This document shows, one piece after another, positions 18,339 to 27,183 of a stretch of 64,000 nucleotides of DNA. Below the pieces are notes generated by a model, which searched no databases, was not told the DNA's origin, and saw only the letters and a program-made list of their open reading frames with translations. The translations under genes were made by a program, and so were the position numbers. Origin of the DNA: an uncultured Planctomycetia bacterium (lineage in GTDB: Bacteria > Omnitrophota > Gorgyraeia > CAYVEO01); contig CAYVEO010000001.1 in NCBI GenBank assembly GCA_964449965.1, positions 15,189 through 79,188 of the forward strand. The letters run 5' to 3'. Numbering within the stretch: the stretch's first letter is position 1; every line of letters begins with the position of its first letter.

Positions 18339-18536
18339 CTAAAAAATCTTGTCAATGTCAAATGTTTTCTTCTTGTTTTCCTCAATCCACCTGTCAACAT
18401 CTTTTAAATCAAATTTTGTCAGTCGCCCCACCTTAACAAAAGGTATTCTCCGCTGGCATACCCACGCATACAAAGTATTCTTGCTTAATCCAGTATACTC
18501 AGCAACTTCATCTATGTTCAACAATCGTCTTTCCAT
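18339..18536 (-). CDS. xis: excisionase / AlpA-family HTH DNA-binding protein
   Basis: 65 aa. IDEVAEYTGLSKNTLYAWVCQRRIPFVKVGRLTKF is typical of the excisionase/AlpA HTH. Immediately upstream of int. Confidence 0.6.
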   Translation of the reverse strand: MERRLLNIDEVAEYTGLSKNTLYAWVCQRRIPFVKVGRLTKFDLKDVDRWIEENKKKTFDIDKIF

Positions 18537-18673
18537 AACCTAAAGGTCCTCTTTAACATTAGTCTCTTGTAAAAATTGCTTATCCCCATTGGCATTAGCC
18601 TCTACAATGCCTTTTCTTGCTGAGTTTCCTTGAATCAGCCTATACTTTTTCAAAGCATCAGGGTTACCCCTGC

Positions 18674-20944
18674 CTAATCTCTTTTGTCTAATGCTTCCTC
18701 TAATGCCTCTTGCTCCGCTTGCTCTTTGGTAAGTCCACCTTCATATTGCATAATCCCTGCCCGTTCATCAAAATCTTCTCGCTTAGTTTCTGATAAATTT
18801 TCAATATTTTTCACCCCACCTCCGTCATCACTATTTCTTTGGTCTTGAGAAATAGTGAGTTGAAGGGTGGGGTAAATAAGTATTCTCCTTTTATCGTTGG
18901 GGTCTGCCTCTTGGGTTATTAGTCCTGCCGTCTCAAGCATCGGCAAAATCTGTTGGCGGAGTTGGTTCGTGTCCAACATCCTGCCATACACCTCGTAATG
19001 TTTTTGAAATATATCCTGACGTGATAGTCCGAGCACTTCCGTTGTCTCAACAAATCCTTCGTTGTAGTTCCCGTTTTTATCTTTCCACGCTTTCAGAATG
19101 ACTTCTTGATAGAGATTGTAGATGTATGGCGGCAGATTAAGTTCCTGACTGACCGAAATGGCATCCCAAATCCTGAATGCTTCCTCAATATCTTCTTCAT
19201 TAGCCGTAATGGTTGAACCGTTCCTTTCTCGCCACCAGAGGTTGAGTAGGGCGAGAGACTTTATGAGGGATATGAGGCGTTTTATGTCTCGCTGGTGTTT
19301 TGGCTTGAGTATCTTATTCTTGCTCAAAAATCGTTCCTCAACCCTCTTGAAATTAGCAATCTTTATCTCACGGATATTTTCAAGTTTTATCGCCCGTATC
19401 CTTTCCTTCAGCAACTTCCTTTCCGGGTTTTCTTCAAGCCAGATACTGTATCTCTCGGCGTCTGATTCTTTCCTCACGCTTTCCGAAACTCCTTCCCGTA
19501 TCTTTTCTTGACTAACCTCTGGACTCAAAAGCAAAAAACGTGTTGCCTCCTGCTCGGCAATCTGCAGTCCTGCAGTGCAGAAAATTACCGAAGGGAAACC
19601 TTTTATAATCACAGTTTTTGTCCGATTTCCGCCTTTTTGATTTTTATCAGTAATTTTGGAACGCATTTCTTTTTCATCGTGCGATAATAGCGAACGCAAT
19701 CGCTCCAAAAGAGCGGTGTGTGGCTGGTCTAAAAAGATAATTATTTTTCTCGATAAATCTACTGTGATGGTGTTTGTATCTTTATCGTATTCCCCTTGTT
19801 CGTGAAAAAATGCAGTAGGGGAACAATTACCCAATTTCATAACATCTTCGTTCGGAAATAGGTTAGAAATCTCCAGAGGGATATAGCTTTTGCCAGTTGA
19901 GGATGGAGCATTGTAACTGATGTTGAACTGAGCATTGTCCGTGTATGCTGAAAGTTCACAGAGAAAGGTTACAATCTTATTCTCCTCATCTGATTTTATG
20001 GTCAGTCCGAGTATCTTCACCAATTCTTGTGAGGAGAGCGGTTTAAATTGCGAGGTATCAATTCTTTCGGGATGCTCTTTCTCATACTTACCAAATAAAT
20101 CATCTGCATTGCCATTGAGCTTTACGAAATAGTCCGTTATATCTCCACCTTTACCGACTTCTTGAGGTAGGGTGGTAATGTATATCTTATTTTCAGTATT
20201 TTCCAGTAATTTTGCCGCCCGTTGGGCACCCTTCTTACCCGTTTCATCATTGTCAAAACAGATGTAAATTTTCCTACCTTTTCCTATCTTTTCGCACCAC
20301 TCTTGTTTAAAGGTCATCGCACCGTGCGTTGAGGTAATTGCAGGTATCCCTTTAGAAAGTAAAGACAACCTATCCAATTCGCCTTCGCAAAGCACGACCT
20401 TATCGGTATCAGATTGGAGTGTGTCCCATCCGTAAATCTGTGCCTCCACACCCTTAGGGTAAGTAATTTTTTTATCCCCTGCATTCGGGTCTTGTCTTAA
20501 CTTGAAAAACCGAAAAGCCCCATAAATATCCTTTATGGGTATAGTAATCCACCACTTGCCGTAAAATTTGCCCCAACCTAACTTGTATTCATCTATAACG
20601 GTGTCTATAATGCCTCTTGCATTCAAATACTGGCGGATGTGAGTTGGGAGTGCTTGATGACAAGTTTCAACTAATTCTGCATCAAACTTGGATTTTGGCT
20701 GTTTGTTCGTGGAATTTCCTAGATTGGGAATGTTGTCCCCGAAGTGCTTGGCGAGGGTAATAAGGTTACCTTTAGCCCCGCACTTCTTGCATTCGTATTG
20801 TCCCGTTTCTGCGTTAAAGTAGAGATGGGCTTCGGTGCCTCTACTGCCATCATCGCACCCATTAAAGAGGCAATGAGTTATTAGTTCGTTCCCTCTTTCA
20901 CGGAATGTAATACCTTCTCGTATCAGATATTCTTTAATTTCCAT
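18674..20944 (-). CDS. phage/plasmid primase: DnaG-type CHC2 zinc finger plus Toprim plus C-terminal P-loop NTPase domain
   Basis: HCLFNGCDDGSRGTEAHLYFNAETGQYECKKCGAKG zinc finger. Toprim VVLCEGELD...ICFDNDETGKKG. Walker A-like NAPSSTGKSY. 756 aa. Confidence 0.7.
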   Translation of the reverse strand: MEIKEYLIREGITFRERGNELITHCLFNGCDDGSRGTEAHLYFNAETGQYECKKCGAKGNLITLAKHFGDNIPNLGNSTNKQPKSKFDAELVETCHQALPTHIRQYLNARGIIDTVIDEYKLGWGKFYGKWWITIPIKDIYGAFRFFKLRQDPNAGDKKITYPKGVEAQIYGWDTLQSDTDKVVLCEGELDRLSLLSKGIPAITSTHGAMTFKQEWCEKIGKGRKIYICFDNDETGKKGAQRAAKLLENTENKIYITTLPQEVGKGGDITDYFVKLNGNADDLFGKYEKEHPERIDTSQFKPLSSQELVKILGLTIKSDEENKIVTFLCELSAYTDNAQFNISYNAPSSTGKSYIPLEISNLFPNEDVMKLGNCSPTAFFHEQGEYDKDTNTITVDLSRKIIIFLDQPHTALLERLRSLLSHDEKEMRSKITDKNQKGGNRTKTVIIKGFPSVIFCTAGLQIAEQEATRFLLLSPEVSQEKIREGVSESVRKESDAERYSIWLEENPERKLLKERIRAIKLENIREIKIANFKRVEERFLSKNKILKPKHQRDIKRLISLIKSLALLNLWWRERNGSTITANEEDIEEAFRIWDAISVSQELNLPPYIYNLYQEVILKAWKDKNGNYNEGFVETTEVLGLSRQDIFQKHYEVYGRMLDTNQLRQQILPMLETAGLITQEADPNDKRRILIYPTLQLTISQDQRNSDDGGGVKNIENLSETKREDFDERAGIMQYEGGLTKEQAEQEALEEALDKRD

Positions 20945-20974
20945 CGCAGCCTCCCAAACTATCTTTTGGAAATC

Positions 20975-21229
20975 CTACTCCGTTTGAGAGCGGGGGGGGC
21001 AGGGCGACGCACCTTCTCCCTGTTTAATCCCCTCCGCTCCCCCACGTGGTATTCTCCCTGTAAGCAAACTAATCATCTCGGCTTTGTGCCTGTTGGTGTA
21101 TCTACGCCAGTTATTGTGGTCCCGAAATGAAGGAGAAATCAATCCTCTTTTTTCAAAATGAATCACTGTCTTGGCAGAAATGCCCATTTCTGCTCCTAAT
21201 TTTCCGGCCGTGTAGAATAAACGTGGCAT
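20975..21229 (-). CDS. MerR-family HTH protein (small); C-terminal tail contains a C8 homopolymer
   Basis: LGAEMGISAKTVIHFEKRGLISPSFRDHNNWRRYT is a MerR-type HTH. The tail ...ASPCPPRSQTE is encoded across G8/C8 at 20992-20999. Confidence 0.45.
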   Translation of the reverse strand: MPRLFYTAGKLGAEMGISAKTVIHFEKRGLISPSFRDHNNWRRYTNRHKAEMISLLTGRIPRGGAEGIKQGEGASPCPPRSQTE

Positions 21230-21314
21230 ATTAACCTCCCAATATAGATAAGGATTATTGTAAAATCATAGGGAGATAGCGGACAAAACGGTAATTTTGA
21301 GGTTTTAACAGTGG

Positions 21315-21632
21315 TTAGACTTTGTTACGCTGGTAGGATTTTTGGCAGGCGTCACAACAAAATTGTCTTCTTTTATCTACTACTTTGAATTTTGGATGTG
21401 GTATCATTGAAAAACAGGCAGGGTTCTCACAAGGTCTACTGGTCTTATAGACAAGATCCAGGGCATCCTCATAGGGTATTGAGCGGGTTTTTGCTACCTT
21501 ATCGGCTGCTTTGTCTATAAGACTGTCTATCTTATAACCTCTTTTCAAATTATCCTCACAGACAATTTTTGCATTAGCCGGTAATTTCTTAATTCTTTTG
21601 CCATCTGTAGGTCTGAAATTCACTTCATACAC
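21315..21632 (-). CDS. hypothetical protein with C-terminal zinc ribbon (CENPAC...CCDAC)
   Basis: 105 aa. Cys pattern CX4C...CCX2C. No recognisable family. Confidence 0.35.
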   Translation of the reverse strand: MYEVNFRPTDGKRIKKLPANAKIVCEDNLKRGYKIDSLIDKAADKVAKTRSIPYEDALDLVYKTSRPCENPACFSMIPHPKFKVVDKRRQFCCDACQKSYQRNKV

Positions 21633-21637
21633 ATTAG

Positions 21638-22099
21638 TTAAAATTTTATAAATGCCTGCCTTTTCTTGCCAATGATTCTTCTTGTATATTCATACTGCGG
21701 TTTTTCTTCTTTCTGTTCCGTAAGAGGTAATGCTTCTGGGATGGTCTTTTCCTTAAATTGTAAAAGCACATCTTTAGGGACCTTGTTTTCTGGGCTAACC
21801 GTGACATCTTCTTGTAAATCAGGAATCTGGTATCTATGGTATGAATCCCATATTAGTCCATCATCGCCAGTATTTTCCCGCCAGTGAAAAACCTCATTCC
21901 ATTGGGTAACCCTCGGGCAGTTTACCTTACAGATTTTTTTATCGTATTTGGGACAACTATTACAAGGGATATTTTTTAGATACTGGTCAAGTTTCTGGCA
22001 GGATGTTCTTCTGCATTTGGTAGTGCCTTTGTATTGGCAAACAAGAGGGCAATTTTTGACTTCCTTTAGTGGCTTGAGTTTATCTTGTGCGTCTTTCAT
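21638..22099 (-). CDS. hypothetical Cys-rich protein (8 Cys in the first 61 aa; two probable Zn sites)
   Basis: CPLVC, CRRTSC, CNSC, CKVNC arrangement. Acidic, proline-rich C-terminal half. Confidence 0.35.
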   Translation of the reverse strand: MKDAQDKLKPLKEVKNCPLVCQYKGTTKCRRTSCQKLDQYLKNIPCNSCPKYDKKICKVNCPRVTQWNEVFHWRENTGDDGLIWDSYHRYQIPDLQEDVTVSPENKVPKDVLLQFKEKTIPEALPLTEQKEEKPQYEYTRRIIGKKRQAFIKF

Positions 22100-22161
22100 T
22101 GTGCGTCCTGTAATTAAAAATCACTGGTTAAGCTTCAACTAATGCTTTCGTCTTTAAGAGG

Positions 22162-22815
22162 TCACTTATTTGGAAAATCAGGTTTAGTCTCATGTTCACT
22201 ATTTCCACCATCGTTTTCACTAAACCACTCGCCCTCCGTCTTACCGGTCAGCCTCTTTATCTCCTTCCTGTTGCGGCGCTCTAGCGCCTTGAAAATGATG
22301 TCATCCAGTTGCCGTTCCTCTTCAGGTGTCATATACTGGGTCCAATTGTCATCCTTAACCCCCATCTCCTCCGGTGGCTTCTTTAAGAACCCGAGCTCCA
22401 TAAACTTCTCTATCATGTTAACCTCTATCTGCCATGCCAGGCGGTAATCCTCTTTAGCCATTGCTTTCTGCCTAAGATTACGAGCCTCGTGGAGGAACGT
22501 GCCGATTATCCTCTTGTAGTCAAGAACCGTAAGCATGTTCATGTAATTTCTTTCTATTGCCTCAAGGTCATACCTAATTGTCCTAACCGAGACATGCAGA
22601 CGGTTCGCAATCTCTTCCTGGCTCATTTCACCTTGCCGGTTGAAATAATCCACACAGACCTGCCTCATCTGTGGCGTCAAGTCTTCATAAGGGAGGACTC
22701 CGTCCTCCAAGTTCTTCAGGATTATCAAAGCGTTGTCTTCAATTATATCCATTTCGGCAAGTTTTTTGCCTGTTAGTTTAATCGCCAAGTTATCTGCTTT
22801 CAGTAAATTAGACAT
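22162..22815 (-). CDS. HTH protein with a sigma-70 region-4-like helix-turn-helix (element regulator, or small-terminase-like)
   Basis: LTPQMRQVCVDYFNRQGEMSQEEIANRLHVSVRTIRYDLEAI resembles a region 4.2 HTH, but it sits at residues 45-90 of a 217-aa protein. Confidence 0.45.
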   Translation of the reverse strand: MSNLLKADNLAIKLTGKKLAEMDIIEDNALIILKNLEDGVLPYEDLTPQMRQVCVDYFNRQGEMSQEEIANRLHVSVRTIRYDLEAIERNYMNMLTVLDYKRIIGTFLHEARNLRQKAMAKEDYRLAWQIEVNMIEKFMELGFLKKPPEEMGVKDDNWTQYMTPEEERQLDDIIFKALERRNRKEIKRLTGKTEGEWFSENDGGNSEHETKPDFPNK

Positions 22816-22893
22816 CGTTTCTGTGCGTTGCCTATTTTTGCCTATAAACGAACACGTGTTCGCCCTCTACCGACTCGTCTTTTCCTTACTTGC

Positions 22894-23136
22894 TCATCCA
22901 CCATAATTACCCCACATAAGTTCTTTCTTTCTCGGCTCAAACCTTATCCCGTTGTCGCCCTTGAATGGCTTCTTATGGTCGTGCACTTCACCAAAAATAT
23001 CAAGCGGTATCTGGTCTGGGAACGCCTTGCAAGAATGCCATGTGCTGTCGTCAAAATGTTCGCACTTCATGCATTGATTTTCTCCGAAAGTATCAAGGAT
23101 ATATTCCTTCGCATAATTCTTGTCTTTTTCATTCAT
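22894..23136 (-). CDS. hypothetical small protein (CxxC...HxC)
   Basis: 80 aa, same strand as its neighbours. The 129-aa ORF on the other strand is the less likely of the two. Confidence 0.3.
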   Translation of the reverse strand: MNEKDKNYAKEYILDTFGENQCMKCEHFDDSTWHSCKAFPDQIPLDIFGEVHDHKKPFKGDNGIRFEPRKKELMWGNYGG

Positions 23137-23253
23137 TTTTTTATCACCTTTCCATATGAACTATATCAGGGTCATCATCCCTTTCATAATCCCAACCCGG
23201 CGGGGCAAAATCCCTGAAAATTTTCAGTTTTCTAAGTCAATATTTCCCCTATC

Positions 23254-26200
23254 TTAATTTACCAACCCAACCACAGGCTTTAATATAAATCTCACCATTG
23301 ACCTTAAGTATTCATGTCTTGCGATAAAGTCTGCAATAGGTGGGCTCATCCTGTAATAGAACGCCACTAATCTCTTCCCAATCGGGTTAGTCAATAGATG
23401 TGTATCCCTGAATCGGCTCAATGTGACTACATCACTTGCCATTGGTGTTCCATAAGCAGCAGTTGCTATAAAACAGCCTCCGCCCCCACCACCTCCACCA
23501 CCAGACGAACCTTGAGGTGTAGCACTTGACTGAGCACCAGTGGAATAGTTCGGCACTTCATCATAGGCAAAGATTGTGTAGTAACAGGCTGTCCCATTGG
23601 TTAATCCTGTATCTGTCTTGCTCGTCCCTGTCCCTGAATATACCTCTGTCCCGTCTGTTACACTTGCAGGATACCCGCCTGTCTTTCTGATTACCTTTAC
23701 CCCTGCAAAATCTGTATCAGCCGGGTTCGTCCATGTTAGGCTTACCTGTCCATCTCCTGCTGTTGCACTCAATCCTGATGGTGCTGACGGCGCTGCAGTA
23801 TCCTCTGAACCTATTGCAAAGTCACTTAAGTGTCCTACTTTTGCCTTTACCTGCTTATTGGTCGTGTCTACTTCTGTATCAGAAATCTTCTCCCACTTGC
23901 CTGTTGTTGTGTTATACCACCAGAGTTTGAGGTCTTTCTCTGGTATATTCGTCCCATCTACTATACCATTATTATCTGTATCATCGTATGGAATGGTTAC
24001 TGTCACTGATTTCTCCAACGTTGGGTTACCTTCTAATTCTATCTTCCTGAATTTGTCAAGTGATGAATTTGCACCCTCAGTTGTGTTTTGTGGATTCGCT
24101 GGAAGGGCTGTTACTGTAAGTGTAGCATCCTGGGTTAAAGTTCCATATGGTATCTCTACTGATGTGTAGTCCTCCATACTTGATTCTGTAGTCTCATCTT
24201 TGTCTATCTTCTGCTTCTTCTCCCGATTACCACTGTTATCCACACCATCATTTACATCTGGATTCGTCTGAGTTACTGTTACTGTGATGATTTCAGAGTT
24301 GACTGTATTGTCGCTTGTATCTTTCCCTACTGCACGAAGTTGATAGTCACCTTCAGTTAATCCTGTCACATTCCACGTTGTGCTAAAAAATGAATTCGGC
24401 GGTGGGAACATCTCGCTTCCTATGTCTGTCCAGTCTGTGGTTACACCTTTATATTGAAACTTCACGCTCTTGGTAAGATTCCCCGGGGCTGTATTGGCAT
24501 GTAATGTTACATCTGTCCCCCATATACTATCTCCATTCTTCGGCACTGAAATCCAGACCTTTAGGTTAGACGGACTACTTACTGTAAGTGCCACAGAATC
24601 TGTATCTGTTAATCCGTTACTATCCACTACCATTACTGTGGGTGAGTATGAACCCGGCTTGTCATAGACATGGGTTGTTGTTCCTGTTGTTGATGCCCAG
24701 TCATATTCTCCATCTCCTTCATAATCCCAGATATATGCTATGTAACTGCCACTTCCTCCTATTGCTGACCCGGTTAAAGTGACTATTTCTCCTACTGTTA
24801 CTGAAGAAGGACTGCAATTCGCATCGGCAACGAGTGGATTTGTATTGGTTGGATTGGATACAGATATAGTAACACTTGCAGTCCCACTTAATCCATCATT
24901 ATCCGTTACTCTTAGAGTAGCAGTATAACTACCTCCCTGCCCATAGATGTAGCTGACGCTCCCAGAACTTGTTGAGACAAAATCATAAGTGCCATTTCCA
25001 TCAAAATCCATCTCATACTGTTTGATAGTCCCATCTGTATCTGTGCCACTGTAGGTAAATGTTACTGTAAGCGGTGTAGTGCCACTTGTAGATGACGCTG
25101 AGATAGAAGCAGTTGGAGATTTTTTATCTACAGGTGGTGAACTTACAGTTATGGTAACTGAGGCAGTTGCTGTTAGACTATCATTATCGGTAACCCTGAA
25201 ATTTGCTGTCCATGTCCCCGCAGACGAATAGGTTTTAACAGTATTTCCACCTGTATTTGATGACCAATCATAGGTTCCATTCCCATCAAAGTCCCATTCG
25301 TATTTGGTAATACTTCCATCATCTGTCGCACTCCCTGTAAAACTTACTGCGAGTGGTGCAGTTCCACTTGTAGGTGTAGCACTGGCTGTGGCAGTTGGTG
25401 GGTTACTCATTGGCTTGGCACTTACTTGAGATGAATAACTACTCTCATTTGAAGCGAAGTCAACTGCTGTAACCACGTAATAATACGTAGTTCCATTTGT
25501 TAAACCACTATCATTATATTGACTCGCAGTAACTGTGCTCGTATTGATTTTGTTATATCCACTACCACTTGCAGAACTCCGATAAACATTATAACCTGAT
25601 AAATCAGATTCTGTATTATTATTCCAGTCAAGACTTACTGTAGTATTTCCAGCACTGGATGTTAATCCAGTAGGCACTAATGGTGGTATGCTATCCTGGG
25701 GAGTAACACTAACTTCTGAAGAGGCAGTGCCTTCATTTTTTTGAATATCTACAGCCTTTACCACATAATAATAAGTGACACCGTTAGTGAGCCCTGTATC
25801 CTGGTATTGGCTATAAACCTGGGTTGCTGTATTGATTTGACTATACGTTCCGCCACTTAACAGGCTTCGGTATATATTATACCCGGCGAGGTCTGCCTCA
25901 GTATTATCATTCCAGTCAAGACTTACAGTCTCGTTCCCTGAAGTGGCAGTAAGCCCGGTTGGCGAGTTTGGAGGTAAATCCACAGTAGCAGAAGTTGTTA
26001 CGACTTCCAAATAAGGCACTAAATTCCCCCTATAATCAATGGGGACACTGTTATGGTATTCAGTTGAGGCAAAACCCGTAACTAACCACCATGATGAGGT
26101 CTTACTAATGCCATTTGGAACCAATGCCAACGTGAGATAGTTGGAGTTGTCTTTTGGTCCGTTGACTGTGAAACTTCCGGGAGAGAACTCCCACTTATAC

Positions 26201-27147
26201 CAGCCCTGATAATCATTCTGGTATTCAGTGGCGAGAAGGTTACTATAGCCCACCTGATTGTCCCATGTCATCCCGTCAAGTGGGTCCGGTGAGTCTATCA
26301 CCGTCCAACTCCAGTAGGTGCCTTCCCTCCACTGGTCGTTTGATGCATAGTAAACGCCAGTCTTTACGTCTCCTGTCACGGCATCCCCCTGGGCAAAATT
26401 ATGGTCACTATAAGCCCAGAGTTTGTAGCCAACAACTGCCTCGCCATCTGCCAACCCCTGAACAAAGTCGGGGTTGATGGTGAGGTTAAACCCCAAGTAA
26501 GAAATATGCTTAGTCCTGTATCCGTCGTTTGCGATAGTAGTGTGGAGCAAATAGTTTATACCCTGGTTGGTCTTCGTCTGGTTCGCCCACTGCGTCCCAG
26601 TAGTCACACCAGTATCCTGTTCGCATTCAACCCGATAAACTTTACTCTCCAGATTAACCGTAACTGTAACAGTAACTGTCCCCCAGTTGTTTCCGTAGTC
26701 CGTGTCATTAAACGCAAGCGTAAACAACCCGCTCCCGCTCACCGTCCCTGTCATGCCAGTCCCTACGTAGAACCATCTTCCGTCCCCGAATCTACCTATA
26801 AGCGCCGCCACTGGCATCCCGGCGCCTGGATACCCACTTGCTATGTTCTCGTGCGGGTTGCCTCCGGGTCCAAATGTAAGGTCAGAAGAGTTACCCCAAC
26901 TCCCTTCCGCCATGACCGTTATCCTGTCGCCATCCGTCACCTCTATCTTGGTGTCAAGCGGGACAGACACAAAGTCTGGGGCGCCACCCGCCACGTAGTA
27001 TATCTGGCTCGCCGAGTTCCTATCAGCATGAACCTGGTATGTCCCCTGTATTTCCACTGCTTGAGCCTCAACCACCCATAATAAGACCGCAACCGCTATG
27101 TAACGGTGCATATATTTACTTCTACACATCTTCAGCCACCTCCTCAT
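23254..27147 (-). CDS. giant secreted surface protein: N-terminal lectin-like domain, multiple PKD and fibronectin-III domains, poly-Gly linker and conserved CFIATAAYG C-terminal module
   Basis: Signal peptide (AVAVLLWVVEAQA). PKD units (ATPTSGTAPLAVSFTGSATDDGSITKYEWDFDGNGTYD; TYSSAGTWTANFRVTDNDSL). FN3 units (PSGLSATAGDGQVSLTWTNPADTDFAGVKVIRK). C-terminus GGGGGGGGGCFIATAAYGTPMASDVVTLSRFRDTHLL...YYRMSPPIADFIARHE. Confidence 0.7.
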   Translation of the reverse strand: MRRWLKMCRSKYMHRYIAVAVLLWVVEAQAVEIQGTYQVHADRNSASQIYYVAGGAPDFVSVPLDTKIEVTDGDRITVMAEGSWGNSSDLTFGPGGNPHENIASGYPGAGMPVAALIGRFGDGRWFYVGTGMTGTVSGSGLFTLAFNDTDYGNNWGTVTVTVTVNLESKVYRVECEQDTGVTTGTQWANQTKTNQGINYLLHTTIANDGYRTKHISYLGFNLTINPDFVQGLADGEAVVGYKLWAYSDHNFAQGDAVTGDVKTGVYYASNDQWREGTYWSWTVIDSPDPLDGMTWDNQVGYSNLLATEYQNDYQGWYKWEFSPGSFTVNGPKDNSNYLTLALVPNGISKTSSWWLVTGFASTEYHNSVPIDYRGNLVPYLEVVTTSATVDLPPNSPTGLTATSGNETVSLDWNDNTEADLAGYNIYRSLLSGGTYSQINTATQVYSQYQDTGLTNGVTYYYVVKAVDIQKNEGTASSEVSVTPQDSIPPLVPTGLTSSAGNTTVSLDWNNNTESDLSGYNVYRSSASGSGYNKINTSTVTASQYNDSGLTNGTTYYYVVTAVDFASNESSYSSQVSAKPMSNPPTATASATPTSGTAPLAVSFTGSATDDGSITKYEWDFDGNGTYDWSSNTGGNTVKTYSSAGTWTANFRVTDNDSLTATASVTITVSSPPVDKKSPTASISASSTSGTTPLTVTFTYSGTDTDGTIKQYEMDFDGNGTYDFVSTSSGSVSYIYGQGGSYTATLRVTDNDGLSGTASVTISVSNPTNTNPLVADANCSPSSVTVGEIVTLTGSAIGGSGSYIAYIWDYEGDGEYDWASTTGTTTHVYDKPGSYSPTVMVVDSNGLTDTDSVALTVSSPSNLKVWISVPKNGDSIWGTDVTLHANTAPGNLTKSVKFQYKGVTTDWTDIGSEMFPPPNSFFSTTWNVTGLTEGDYQLRAVGKDTSDNTVNSEIITVTVTQTNPDVNDGVDNSGNREKKQKIDKDETTESSMEDYTSVEIPYGTLTQDATLTVTALPANPQNTTEGANSSLDKFRKIELEGNPTLEKSVTVTIPYDDTDNNGIVDGTNIPEKDLKLWWYNTTTGKWEKISDTEVDTTNKQVKAKVGHLSDFAIGSEDTAAPSAPSGLSATAGDGQVSLTWTNPADTDFAGVKVIRKTGGYPASVTDGTEVYSGTGTSKTDTGLTNGTACYYTIFAYDEVPNYSTGAQSSATPQGSSGGGGGGGGGCFIATAAYGTPMASDVVTLSRFRDTHLLTNPIGKRLVAFYYRMSPPIADFIARHEYLRSMVRFILKPVVGLVN

Positions 27148-27183
27148 TATGAATAGGTCAATACCTGACCTACAACCACCATT

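Noticed and set aside
20990-21060. GC-rich patch as a separate ncRNA gene
   Set aside because: It lies inside an ORF with a convincing MerR-type HTH upstream in the same frame, and shows only weak internal complementarity. Noted only for its G8 tract.
22828-23217. 129-aa plus-strand ORF overlapping the 80-aa minus ORF
   Set aside because: No RBS or motifs, and a strand discordant with every neighbour. The minus-strand small ORF is kept instead, though itself low-confidence.
23470-23520. Intein/Hint domain at the poly-Gly-Cys junction of the giant protein
   Set aside because: Only about 75 aa follow the Cys. There is no TxxH block and no C-terminal HN/Asn splice junction. Too short for a Hint fold. 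Reported instead as an uncharacterised C-terminal module.
23597-24169. 190-aa plus-strand ORF inside the giant surface-protein gene
   Set aside because: The minus-strand frame gives coherent PKD/FN3 domains over the same region. The plus frame is a low-complexity antisense read.
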